Assembly: GCA_012295275.1 (NCBI GenBank) | Contig: CM022675.1 | Span: 5,952,001-6,016,000, forward strand | Source of the DNA: Chrysomallon squamiferum | Lineage: Eukaryota > Animalia > Mollusca | DNA: 64,000 nucleotides | Reading direction: 5' to 3' | Shown here: piece by piece, positions 1-12,635 of the stretch | Position numbering within the stretch: position 1 is the stretch's first letter | Layout of the letters: every line of letters begins with the position of its first letter | Program-made: the position numbers and the translations under genes | Notes under the pieces: model-generated | Databases searched by the model: none | The model's input: only the letters and a program-made list of their open reading frames with translations | Told to the model about the DNA's origin: nothing

Positions 1-172
1 CAACGCATTAGTTAAAAATACTCAAAAGTAGGCGCGTGCAACGTATTAGTTAAAAATGCTCAAAAGTAGGTACATACAGCATATTAGTTAAAATATTCAA
101 AAGTAGGTACGTACAACGTATGAGTTAAAAAAATACTCAAAAGTAGGTACGAGCAACGTATTAGTTAAAAAC
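1..172. repeat. Degenerate ~38-40 bp tandem repeat (truncated at window edge)
   Basis: Recurring caacgtattagttaaaaatactcaaaagtagg core, about 4-5 copies. Confidence 0.85.
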
Positions 173-334
173 TTAGCAGAATGAAGTACCCGAGGACTTG
201 ACTTTAAACAGATAATCAGATATACGTACAGAGGGACGAAGAAGAGCACGTAAAGAATGAAACAGAAACAGACTGACATACAGATGAAACGAAACGTATT
301 GGGGAACTGACAAGAAGACTTGGATGAGGGGCAG

Positions 335-411
<77 letters not shown>

Positions 412-661
412 CTGTTATAAATATATATCTACAAACCTGTAGGGTATAGGATATTTTATGAGGAAATTGATTTGACTGACCAATCGGGCCATTGACAGCA
501 TCACTTTCACTGTCACCCGACTGAATTTCGTTTTTTACTTAAACTGCACTTAAAAAAACATGTTACATAAAAATTGTAACGGCAATACAAAGGAAGGACC
601 AGGAACGTGTTTTATTTTATTTGTTTATACTTTGTATTTAAATTATTATTATTATTAATAC

Positions 662-721
<60 letters not shown>

Positions 722-1060
722 GTTGTCAAGGGACCCACACAATCAAACATCTGCAATGTTTTACCTAGGCTCCATATTGGAATTATAAAGTGTTTTTAAT
801 GGCTGAAATGATTAACAGTAAATTGTTTTGTTTACAGGTGACCTGTCAAGAGTTCAGTTAATTTGAACTTCCCACAACAATAACACGTGTAGAGGCAATG
901 ATAGTTTTTGTCGACCTCATTTGCAGTGATTAATTGTTAATGTAGACTCGATATATTCCAGTAAATTATAAAGTAAAAACGTCATGGCCATATCACGGAC
1001 ATGGCCGAGGTTTACCGATTGAACCTACGAATACGTTTATGTGGGCGAAGTTTTCCGAAT

Positions 1061-1565
1061 TCAGTGGTACCTGTCTTTTACAGCCCCCGAGATAAACGGC
1101 CACCTGCGATTTACGGACACTTTAGTTTTTTCAGTGGATATGTCCCTTAGATCAGCGGACACTTACTGATCACGTAAGAGGACTGCATTTTTGTTATTAT
1201 TGTCCTACTGCTGAAGCAGACACACACCGATTTTGATTCTTTTCTCCAAAATAAAGAATTGTATTGTTGTACGCCATCTTTATCGATATTTATTGGTACA
1301 TAATTTTGATAAGTGAATCATTCAAGATCATTCTAAGCAGATTAATATCTCGTAAAAACCGCGGACTTTAGAGGTGGATTTGGGTTTCAGACGCAATATT
1401 GTGTAAAACATATACTTATGCCTGTAATGAGTTCTAACGTCATAACGTGCAAAACAGGTTTCATTTACATCGATAAATGAACTCGATTAGTTTGCAATTG
1501 TGTTTGAAGAGAAAGCCATGAAACTTGCTGCAAATGGTGGACATGAAAAAAAAAATTGTGAATAC

Positions 1566-1600
<35 letters not shown>

Positions 1601-1699
1601 ATAATCAATTTCTGTAACTTTTGACCCTCTGAAGAGAGGACACCTGCGATGTTCGGACACTTTTGTTCGGTCCCACATGAGTACCAAAAAGACACTGTA
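1061..1699. mobile_element. Probable non-autonomous Tc1/mariner-pogo-type DNA transposon (MITE)
   Basis: Left end cagtggtacctgtctttt; right end aaaagacactgta (loose inverted repeat, CAGT...ACTG-TA). The subterminal motif cacctgcgat-n3/4-cggacacttt occurs near both ends (~1100 and ~1640). Confidence 0.45.
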
Positions 1700-2131
1700 C
1701 TTTCAGACTGTTCCATAAACAGGGTAAAGTGGCTACTATTGTGTCCTACATGAGTTTAGTTGAACAGATACTAAAAGGAACCAGCAGAAAACAATGAATA
1801 AAAATATAAGTTCCCAGTCTCTTTCAAACATTAGTTTTTAATTCAATACGCGGAAATATTCGGTCGTCAAGGTGGCAGGACGAGTTAAAATTTTGACCAT
1901 AAAATATTATAAATAAACACATGCATAGACAAACAGACTATTATTAAAACAGATAACTATATAGATAGCCAGAGTGAAAGAGGCAGACAGGTATATAGAT
2001 TTGCTGTTAGAGAGATACGTATATTAAAAAGCAGGTAGAGATATAGATAGATAGACAGATAGGTGTGTAGTAGGTGGGTAGTCACACAGACAGATAAACT
2101 AAGACATTTATGATTTCATTCTTGTTTTTTG

Positions 2132-2176
<45 letters not shown>

Positions 2177-2323
2177 TATTTTTATTTTTCTTTTCTTAAT
2201 TTCTTCTATTATTATGAATAAAATTAGAAAATGTATAGCTAGTAACATCAGTTTGACTTACAGAGTCTAAACAGAAAGCAAACAGTAAATTTTATTTTAT
2301 TTTATTATTTTTTTATTTTATTT

Positions 2324-2362
<39 letters not shown>

Positions 2363-2633
2363 ATGTATGTGTGTCTGACTGTTTATTTCCTCTTGCAGTT
2401 CACTCGTTCGAAACGTTTATAGTATCGAAACTGGCGGGAATGGAAACGGATCCTAGGTTGTCAAAAACCTCAAAGAATTGGAAAACGCTGTATCCGTATA
2501 CATCGCTTGTGTCTGGGCGTGTGCAAATGGTAATGAAGACTGGAAACCGAAGATAGCTACCGAAAATAAAACTGTTATAACAGAATAAAGAGTTCTGTAA
2601 GAAATACGTAAGTCTGTTAATTCACAGAGACGC

Positions 2634-3014
2634 TGTACTTTATTACTACTACAGATAGTGTACTTGAAGTAACATTACTACTAGCAGAGATAGTGTACTT
2701 GAAGTAGCATTACAACTTGCAGAGTTAGTGTTCTTGAAGTAACATATTACAACCAGAGTTACTGTTCTTGAAGTAACATTACTACTGCCAAAGTCAGTGT
2801 ACTTGAAGTAACATTACTACTGCCAGAGTTAGTATACTTGAAGTAACATTACTACTACAGACAGTGTAGTTGAAGTATTATTGCTACTACTACAGACAGT
2901 GTACCTGAAGTAACATTACTACTAAGAAAGATAGTGTAGTTGAAGTAGCATTACTAATATACTGGCAGGGTGTTTGAAGTAACATTACTACTACTAGAAA
3001 TAACGTACTTGAAG
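2634..3014. repeat. Degenerate ~31-36 bp minisatellite
   Basis: Roughly ten copies of gtgtacttgaagtaacattactact-type units. Confidence 0.85.
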
Positions 3015-3604
3015 AATCAGGGTTAGAGTAACGGGTTTCAAGTCTGAGAAAGACTGAATAATGTGACCCTCTTGATCCAGTATGTCCAGATAATTACCTC
3101 TAAACCCTTCAGTGCAGACTGCCAGACGGTTGGTTTCCTGGTAACATAAAAATAAATCTGTACCTTCATTTTGTTTATTATTATTTTTATCCTCTTTTTT
3201 TTTTCTTCTTTTTTTCAGTTTTCACTATTTTTCTCAGATGTAAAATTTCACCTTCAGGTTGTAAATACAAATTTTGATGTTTAATGGCAAAGTGACAAAA
3301 TCAACTGGTGGTCTTTTAACTTTATGTTCACTGAGAAATTCTGACTCTTCAACGCGAAACATTTCACAGAATTTTAATAAAATCATTTAAAATGATTATA
3401 GTTTGATTTTCTTTTTCTAAAACCAGAAATGAATCTGACTTTTCTAGATCCTTTTTAGTTAATTTCAATATATCTGTCTGACTGTCTGTCTGTAAACCGC
3501 GGCATCTGTCTGTGTGTGTTTTTATTAATTGCAATTTCCACTTTTGTGTTTGTATTTTTATGTTCTATATTTGAATTTCAACAACCTGAATTTCAACATG
3601 CTTT

Positions 3605-3636
<32 letters not shown>

Positions 3637-3945
3637 GCTGTTTAATAAATTTTGAAATGTTTTTCTCGAATTCATCAGATGAGAAATGAACTGAAAGATA
3701 TTCTCCAATGTTGATCAGTTCCCTACCAACAGTAATCGCATCTCCATGTTTATTAAAACTGTCTGGAATTTATCTTTCAATATTTTCTTTTGAATTTTCA
3801 AGTTGTATTTTTAATTTCTTCTCTTCTACTTAGACTGATTGTGTTAACTCCTCCATCTTTCTTTCTATCTCCTGGGCTTACCTGTCTGCAGTGACGTTCA
3901 AGTCTCTGCGAATTCTTTCTGCTTCAGACTCCATATTTTGTGTTA
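3012..3945 (-). pseudogene. Decayed TRIM-like gene relic (coiled coil + beta-propeller-like fragments)
   Basis: Minus-strand translations interrupted by stops: VTQNMESEAERIRRDLNVTADR*AQEIERKMEELTQSV*VEEKKLKIQLENSKENIE (coiled coil), MFRVEESEFLSEHKVKRPPVDFVTLP..ILYLQPEGEILHLRKIVKT and ETNRLAVCTEGFRGNYLDILDQEGHIIQSF. They resemble the C-terminal propeller region of expanded invertebrate TRIM proteins. Confidence 0.4.
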
Positions 3946-4347
3946 CAATAACAATTAAAGACTACAGAATCTGGCTGATTGGTTTTAGGGTTTAGGTTTG
4001 AAGATGAATATCGAAAGTCAAAATATACGTATTTATATTAATTTGTAATTACTTTAACTAGTAGTAGTAACAGTAATAATAATAGCAATAATAATAACTT
4101 TTAAAGTTTAAATTTTAGCTTTATTGATAATAATTTATTTTAGCTGACTTTATTTGTAAGATTTCGCTGTCGTGTCATGCTTGATGTTCATATGGCCCTA
4201 AGGTCTGTTCTTCTCAGGTTTTCTGTTGTTGTTGTTGTTTTTTTTCAACCCTTTACAGCTGATTCTCATCTTTTTTAAGAACGAAATGAAAATTTCTTCC
4301 AGCTGATCTCTGTTATCCAAAACAAGCACAGGTGGTCAAGAAGAATA

Positions 4348-4392
<45 letters not shown>

Positions 4393-4396
4393 CTAC

Positions 4397-4640
4397 ATGT
4401 TTTTTCCAAACAAGACTCAAGCTATGTATGCGTCAGTAATTCAAGTGTTGAATACCGAAGCGGAAAGAAATAGTTTCAACCTGGATCCACAGTTTATTTT
4501 ACAGTTCGACTTTGAGAAGGCTGTCGTCACAGTAATGTTCGGACGGGTCCACAACCGGGGATGTTTTTTCCACTACGTTCAAGCTGTTTGGAGAGAGATT
4601 CGGCAAACCTGTCTGATTCTAGAGAGTCAAGGAAACGCGG
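4397..4640 (+). mobile_element. MULE (Mutator-like) transposase fragment
   Basis: FFPNKTQAMY...LQFDFEKAV...RGCFFHYVQAVWREI matches the MULE domain pattern LPxKxxxxY / DFExA / GCxFHxxQAxWR. Fragment only. Confidence 0.85.
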
Positions 4641-4869
4641 CTTTCTACGGTTTTTCAGTTAGAGCCGAGGTCTCCCAATTATCCACACAGCCTAATAGTC
4701 TGTTATATAATTCCCACTTTATCTAATCATTATTTAATCGCTTAATGAATTTTTTTAGATTAAATGAGAAGATACCTTCCAAATAAGATAGGTGTAATAA
4801 AGTACAATAACTTATCCTTTCCTGAAAAAAAAATTCTAATGATATACGGAAAGTTGTTTACTGAAACAA

Positions 4870-4906
<37 letters not shown>

Positions 4907-5422
4907 ATTAAAAAAAATAGAAAGTAGATAAAAGTTCAGAGAAATATGTTTATTATAATTCTGTTGTTTCTAAACAAACATTGAAAACTTTTATCCACCT
5001 TTCACAATTTTATAGCAAACTAAAGAAAATGAAACAAAACGAAAACAAAGCATAAAATAATCAGAGAAAAGAAAATTTTGTTAATGGTAAAAATATTTCA
5101 GTATTTCTATTTAACATATGACTGCTAACTTTTATCTTCTACACTCCATAAGAGAAGCCATTTCCCCTGAAAATTAAAAAATACATATATTAAATCAATC
5201 AATAAATCAATCAATCAATCAATCAAACACACAAACAAACAAACAAACAAACAAACAAACAAACAAACAAACAAACAAACTAACAAACTAAACAAATATA
5301 CGAATAAATAAATTAATTAATGAACTAAAAAAAAAAAAAAAAGCAAATAAAATAAAAGTAACGCTAAGATTTAAGGATGATAAAAAATAAATAAATAAAT
5401 AAATAAAAGAATAAAGTTGTAT

Positions 5423-5802
5423 TTACATTATCTGTGAATTCTGGTAACAAGAACACTGCCCACTTCCGCCACACAGCGCCATCTCTCCGGATTTACAGCA
5501 GCCGGAAGAACGACAATCCCGATAGGACGTACACTGGGTACAGCTGGATGTTACCATGCCAACAGCTTTGAAACCAATAGAACAGGTAAAAGAATTAATG
5601 TCATTATTATTATTATTTATTATAATTATTATTATTATATAAAGAGGCACGGATAGATAAATATATGATTTTGTATGTGTGTGTGTGTGTGTATGTGTGT
5701 GTTTGTTTGGACAGATAGATGGATAGACAGATAATAGATAGACAAATATTACAAAACGAAAGATGATGTCGGATGTATATACCACATATAGTACATATAA
5801 AG

Positions 5803-5843
<41 letters not shown>

Positions 5844-6693
5844 CACACACACAGACACACATATCAGGTGCGGATAATGGCAGGGGGTCCCAGTTGCAAA
5901 ACAATACTCAGCTTGTTCGTGCTGCAGACGCTGATAATACATCTCATCGCCCAGACGGTGTTCAAGGCTTGTCAGGTGCTGTGGAAGTTTGACTTTCTTC
6001 AGCCGAAGAAGAATCGCATCTTTGGTGCGTTAAGCGGGGAACAGAAATGATAAATCAAGCTGTGACAGTGCCTAGAACAACTGTTACCTCAGACTGTTTA
6101 CCCCCTGACTCCACATCAAGCTGTGACAGTGCCTAGAACAACTGTTACCTCAGACTGTTTACCCCCTGACTCCACATCAAGCTGTGACAGTGCCTAGAAC
6201 AACTGTTACCCCAGACTGTTTACCCCCTGACTCCACATCAAGCTGTGACAGTGCCTAGAACAACTGTTACCTCAGACTGTTTACCCCCTGACTCCAGATC
6301 AAGCTGTGACAGTGCCTAGAACAACTGTTACCTCAGACTGTTTACCCCCTGACTCCACATCAAGCTGTGACAGTGCCTAGAACAACTGTTACCTCAGACT
6401 GTTTACCCCCTGACTCCACATCAAGCTGTGACAGTGCCTAGAACAACTGTTACCTCAGATTGTTTACCCCCTGACTCCACATCAAGTTGAATGTGAAAGA
6501 AGCATCAATGCAGTCAGTATCTGAAAATCTAGCCGTTCACAGAGACATTGAAGCTGATGTGACTGCGGTCCTTGATTCCTTCACTTTGGAACTGAGGTGA
6601 GGAATCACACGACTGCAGTCAAACGTCCTGCTTACGTCTCAGTGAAGACAAGTAACTATTTTAAACGGCACTGATGTACGCATCAGTTTGAAA

Positions 6694-6747
<54 letters not shown>

Positions 6748-6809
6748 GTACCTTATAAAATACGTACGTATACGTACGTACATAAATACATTCATTTACG
6801 TATATTCAA

Positions 6810-6848
<39 letters not shown>

Positions 6849-7103
6849 TTGTAGTAGTAGTAGTAGTAATTAATAGCAGTAGTAACTGTAGTAGCATTTG
6901 AAGTAGTAGTACTAATATTTGCTGTTTTGTCGTTCTTATAACAGTATTTAATTGTCATGTGAAAGCGAGAAGTAAAATAATATAAATGTTTTATATGTTG
7001 CAAGCTGATGGTTATGTTGTTTAACTGTTTTCACTATCAAAATAAAATACTTACCACAGCTCAAAGCGAGGAAAACGAACACGGCAGACAATCCCTTCAT
7101 CAT
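5423..7103 (-). CDS. Small secreted cysteine-rich peptide (63 aa, 8 Cys in the mature part; defensin/protease-inhibitor-like), 2 exons
   Basis: Exon 1 7103-7055 (MMKGLSAVFVFLALSC, donor GTAAGT) and exon 2 5565-5423 (acceptor TTTCAAAG) join in phase 1 to give MMKGLSAVFVFLALSCAVGMVTSSCTQCTSYRDCRSSGCCKSGEMALCGGSGQCSCYQNSQIM*. Hydrophobic signal peptide and an upstream TATA box. Confidence 0.8.
6054..6486. repeat. 61-bp minisatellite, 7 near-identical copies
   Basis: atcaagctgtgacagtgcctagaacaactgttacctcagactgtttaccccctgactccac x7, head to tail with no spacers; lies in the intron of the peptide gene. Confidence 0.95.
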
Positions 7104-7141
7104 GGCTGAAATTTAACTCCTTTGCCGTGTCCGTAATCTAC

Positions 7142-7149
7142 CTTATATA
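7142..7149 (-). promoter_or_regulatory. TATA box of the Cys-rich peptide gene
   Basis: TATATAAG on the minus strand about 40 nt upstream of the ATG at 7103. Confidence 0.55.
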
Positions 7150-7810
7150 CCTGTCTACCAATAAAATACCTGTCACATTAAATCCAATTTCATTCAAGAT
7201 TTGACAGCTACGAACTTGATAACCGACTGATTAAATAAAATAAAATGTAATAAAACAACGAATAATTAATTTTCGGTCATTAAATGCAGATTCTTCGCTG
7301 ACGGGATATTTTATATAAAGGTTCATTTTATAGTCGTAATTTCGTTTTGTTATATGTACGAGAGCTTTATTATTTATTTGAACGAGTAACCAGTTTCTTC
7401 GTCGTCTTCTTCTTCTTCTTCTTCTTCTATTATTATAGGTTTATCCCTGTCGGAATAGGCTGCACATCTAATGATATTTATGTGCTATGCCCGATAAATT
7501 CAACTTGTTTATTATGTTATTTTGTTGTTGTTGTTGTTGATGTTATTAATAAAGGTTATCTTCGTTGTATCGCCTGCAGAATTTTACAGTAACTCAAGTT
7601 GTTATAATATTCAGCAGTCTGCTCTCATTTACAGTTAAAATTAAATGGACAGAACTGGTGACATTTGGTTAAGAAATAAAGTAAGTAGATAAAAAAAAAA
7701 AAAAAAAAAAAAAATATATATATTTAATATCCCAGTTAGAATGTGCTGCACATTAATGAGGTTTTTGTTTAAGTGTCCATTAGATTCAAATAGTTTCCTT
7801 TTATTTATTC

Positions 7811-7869
<59 letters not shown>

Positions 7870-8217
7870 TGAAGGAGTGATTGTTGTACTGTCTGAAAAT
7901 GTTTGCAATGACGCAATTTTTTATAATAAATACGACAATCACTCCGCAATCACTTAGCATATGAGAAGTTGCCTGCATAACATAACATATGATTCGCCAA
8001 AAGAAAAGGATAGCAACCAATGAAAACGTACGTAATATCGTAAAGCAGGAACAAAATACAAACCCGGAAGAGGTGTAGTTTGTGTAATGGTTGTAACTAT
8101 TATTATGTTTAAAAGTAACTCTAACTCCTAAAACAGCAATCAAAGAAGAATAAACAAACATATTTTAGACAGGAAGTATTACGATCAACGAGCTGAAGAG
8201 CTGAAATCGACTTTAAA

Positions 8218-11200
8218 ATGACGAAATTTCACGAACAAATCCGATTTGTTTTAACAGGTAAAAATGAAGTTTGTTTACATTTTAGCGATACTTCCTTGAT
8301 AATGATGTGGAGACTCGGAATTGATTTCTGTGCCGCAACAGAATAAAGTAATACTAAAAGAGAAAATACTTCATAACAGATTCACTCTGATATTAATTGC
8401 TATTTAAAATAATAATAATAAATTAAAAGATAAATAATTATAGTTTTAAGGTTAAAACTATTGATATATTATTATTATTATTATTATTAATTAAAGTTAA
8501 AGATTTTATATATTTTACATAACGTTAGTATCTTTTTAAATTATTATTATTCTATTTTATTAATTTATTTATTTACCTTTCTAAAATTATTTTAATTTTA
8601 ATTTTAATTCTTTAAAAAAGTTCTCTAAATTATTTTTTATATTGTTTACAGTACAATGGGAACAAATAAAAAAGTAATCTAAAAATAGAAGAATTTTTTT
8701 TTAATGATAATGTTAGTACAGAAGTGATTATATAGGTAGAACTTAGGTAGAATATAGATCACCACAGACATTTTAGCTTGAAAGAAATTTATTGTCATGT
8801 ACATGGTTACAAAATGTATTTATGTTTTTACCACTGCTGCAGTAATACTGACAAGGAAGTATAGAAAATATACATTACTTAAACAACCTCATGGTGATTA
8901 ACTAAAATATATTTTAATAAAAAGTGACATGGAAGTATGAAAATATACAACTACTTGTTTCCATTAATACTGATTACAGTTTAACATGGAACAAGACAAT
9001 AATGAACACAAGTCAGAAGGATGTATGGAAAATATATCTCTAGGTACCAGCAGGCAAATTTGTTCTGACTTTAATTTCATATAATATGCAAGAACATTAG
9101 CACAAAATGAAAGTTGTAGCAAAAGGAAACAAAACACACCAAAAATTATGACTCTATATACATTGCATAACATCCACGAAACTTCCTTCTTTGCAGTACA
9201 AATAAAGCGTTGTTTTAATATCTTTTCATTCTCATTTTATGAGTTATGGCTAGCACATCTACTTCGCCAAACGACGTTGCTTTCACTAACATGTTTAAAC
9301 GGTATCGAAAGAGCTGGAATTCGATGGAATTGTGAGGAAAAAGAAATACAGAAAACTACCCGATTCTTTTCCGGTATTTACAACAGTGAAAATGCCTGAA
9401 CCTGAACCAAAGAAAGGACGAAGAAAACTGAAAAGGAAAATTCAAGATTGCTACATTGATCATGGATACAATGAAGATTTTTGGAATTATATCTATCGTC
9501 CTCCCTGTGGGATAACAATCCCTCCTGCAGGTGAAGGGTATGATCGAACGAATGTTGATGACTTATATGCACACTACAATGCTGTAAATCATCAAAGAGA
9601 TAGAGATGTACAAAGACTTGGAGGAACACATACTGTGACAGATCTGTTTGCTGGAACGGATGATGAAAGAATAAGACCTGAATTTCATGAAGAAAGAAAG
9701 GCATGGAGAAGACGTGTTGGATACTATGGATATTATATACCTGATGATATGTATGATCATGTATTTGAATACCTCAATGATTGGAACTATAATATTGTTG
9801 AGAACATTCTTATGAAAAAACCCGAAGAAAGACCAGATTGGATTGAAGAAGTTGATCCTGATTTGAGATATGAAAGTATTGTGGATTATGCCCCAACATG
9901 GGCAGAGGTAAATGCAAGAGAAGATGATATTGAACAAAAAGAATATGATGCACTCTATGATGAAGAATGAAAGAGAAATGAAGAGAAAGAATGAAAGACT
10001 TTTAAGAATGCATATACAAGCTAGATGCTGTGATGAAGAAATTGATATTGATGAATAAAATATAATTGACAAGCTGAAGTTGTTAATTGTTTATTTTCAT
10101 TTATAAAGAAACAAAGTGCCTTTTTATGGCCGAATTTTCACAATAGGTTCAATATAAATGTTCCTTAAAAGGACTACAAGCATTCTATGTTTAACTATAA
10201 TCCTTTGCAATAGATAAACTCAGCTAATCCTTAGAGTCTACACCAGAAAGGTGTTGTAGGTTTTAAAATGTATCTAATCCTGAGACTAGAGGCAATTAAA
10301 GTCTGTTATCTGAAGCAGACATAAAATAATTTTCTTAACTTTGTACTTGCTATGATTTGACAGCAAACCTATCATCTGACCATTGTTGAAATTGTCTCTG
10401 ATAGAGCTTATCAACAAGCAAAAATAATCTGTTGTAAAACTGATCAATTTATGATTTTATGATATTAAAAAAAAGTGATTAGATTTTTATTCAGCATTCC
10501 ATCAATACCTCTGAAAACATTGTTCTGTTATGTAGTATAGTTTCTTATGTTTAAGATGCTTAATTCACCATTTATCGCAAGAATGTTTAAAGCAAAATAA
10601 TTGACTGTTTTAGAACGGAAGATAGCAATCAGCAAAACACAGCAATGCTATTTTAGGACTTTTTACTCCATGCTGTAAATTGCTGACATGGGCACCGAAA
10701 TGCATTTACCCCCATTGTGTTTAACACTCTTATACAAAGGACTGGTTTAACACACAATAAAAACAACATCACCATTTAAAAGAACACATAATGATCTTCA
10801 TTTCCATATATTTGTTTATTATGGTATGTTTTACAGATGTGGGATTTGGGAGTGGAGGAAATTGGACAAAATCTGACCTTTAGACAGTTTGACCGATTAT
10901 ATCAGCTAGGCTTCCGGTACCTACTGTCTCTTCAAAGTTTTTTTGTGATATTACGTATTACAAAGATTACTTATCAGAATAGAAAAATTGTTTAGATTCT
11001 GTTGCACATTAATATATAGAATATTACAGTTTCTGTCTCGCTTTCACAGATGTTGAGAAGTTTTGTGCTGAAAGTTTGGTTGGTGTGAAGCTGTCAAAGA
11101 AACAGCAGCAAGAGAAGGACAAGATACTGAAAGACATAAACAGTTTGTATGACGAATATCCAACCTTGAAGCCCGAACAGGAAAACAAGAGCAAGAACAA

Positions 11201-11368
11201 GGATAAGGATGATAAAGATGGTATGTTATGTTTGTAGATGTCATTCATTCTGTTTTCTGCACACGTGTGTGTGTGATGATTTTATTATATGTGTTTGTTT
11301 GTGTTATAGAGTGTGTGTGTGTGTGTGTTCTATGTCTTTATATTTATATCCTAAGTTTTAGACTTGTA

Positions 11369-11443
<75 letters not shown>

Positions 11444-11705
11444 GTGTTTGTATACATTTACATATATTTATATATATATATATAATATTAAATGATAACT
11501 GTTTCAGTGTCTGATGGATCTCAAAAGACAAATGGAAGTGCTCACAATGAAGAGGATGAAACTGCTGAAAGTTAGTTACAATTGGTACACTTTACAAAGT
11601 GCTGTGATCAAAATGAGTTATTACATTTATAATTCGGAAAAAAAAAATTAGACTTTATACAATAATGTTCATCAGTTATAAAATATAATAAAAATGAATG
11701 ATTGT

Positions 11706-11780
<75 letters not shown>

Positions 11781-12594
11781 TTTATTGTTATTATTATTAT
11801 AATTATTATTTTTTTATTTCAGGTTATCCTGATGTAGCATTCAGAGACTTAGAAAATCCTGTGAAATGTGGTTATTTGGATAAGAAAAGGAAAAAAGGTT
11901 TGCCTTATGCTTTATTTTTCATATTTTCTTTTTCACCTTTCTTTTCTTTTTTTCTTTTCTTTTTGTTTAATGAAATAAATTTAAAAAAAAATAAAACAAT
12001 ATATTGTTTTCCTTTGTTATTTTTGTTATTTTTTTTTTCTTTGTTTTATAATTTTTATTTTATAAATATATAACATAGCAAAGGAACACTGTATAGTGGA
12101 AGAAACAGAAATATTAAATTTCCAATTTTTTTTTTTTTTTATTTTCTACTTCTCTAAAGTGAAAGATGAAATTTTTTCGGTTGATTTAGTTGAGCACTTT
12201 GCTTTTGTGAATTGTAATATTAAAACTCACGTCTGCTTTCAGATTTACATATCCCTACAACACTGTTCAAGCAGAATCAGAAGAGATACTGTGCCATACA
12301 CAAAAACATTTTCTATTACTATGAGAAACCCACTGACAAGAAACAGTGTGGAGCATTTTGTCTTGCTGGTATGTGGTGCCTTGTCAAAATAGTCTCTTAT
12401 TTTATATGTAATGTGAAAGAGGTATTCAGTTTTGCTTTCGTTTTTATTTCATTTTATTTATTTGTTTGTTGATTTTTGTTTATTTATTTATTTGTTTATT
12501 TACCTTTTCTTTTATATTATTTCTTTTTCTTATTTTGGTTTGATAATTATTATTTTTTATTTTAAAGTAAATTTAGTATTATTATTTATTTATT

Positions 12595-12635
<41 letters not shown>

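Noticed and set aside
2399-2606. Exon-like segment bounded by ttgcag and gtaagt
   Set aside because: All three frames contain stops and no family was recognised; cannot be supported as coding.
6054-6486. CRISPR-like regular repeat
   Set aside because: Units are head to tail with no unique spacers, in a eukaryotic intron with no cas genes; it is a minisatellite.
9293-9300. TTTAAAC heptamer as a programmed -1 frameshift site
   Set aside because: In the T_TTA_AAC phase a -1 slip enters a frame that stops about 12 codons later, not the long ORF.
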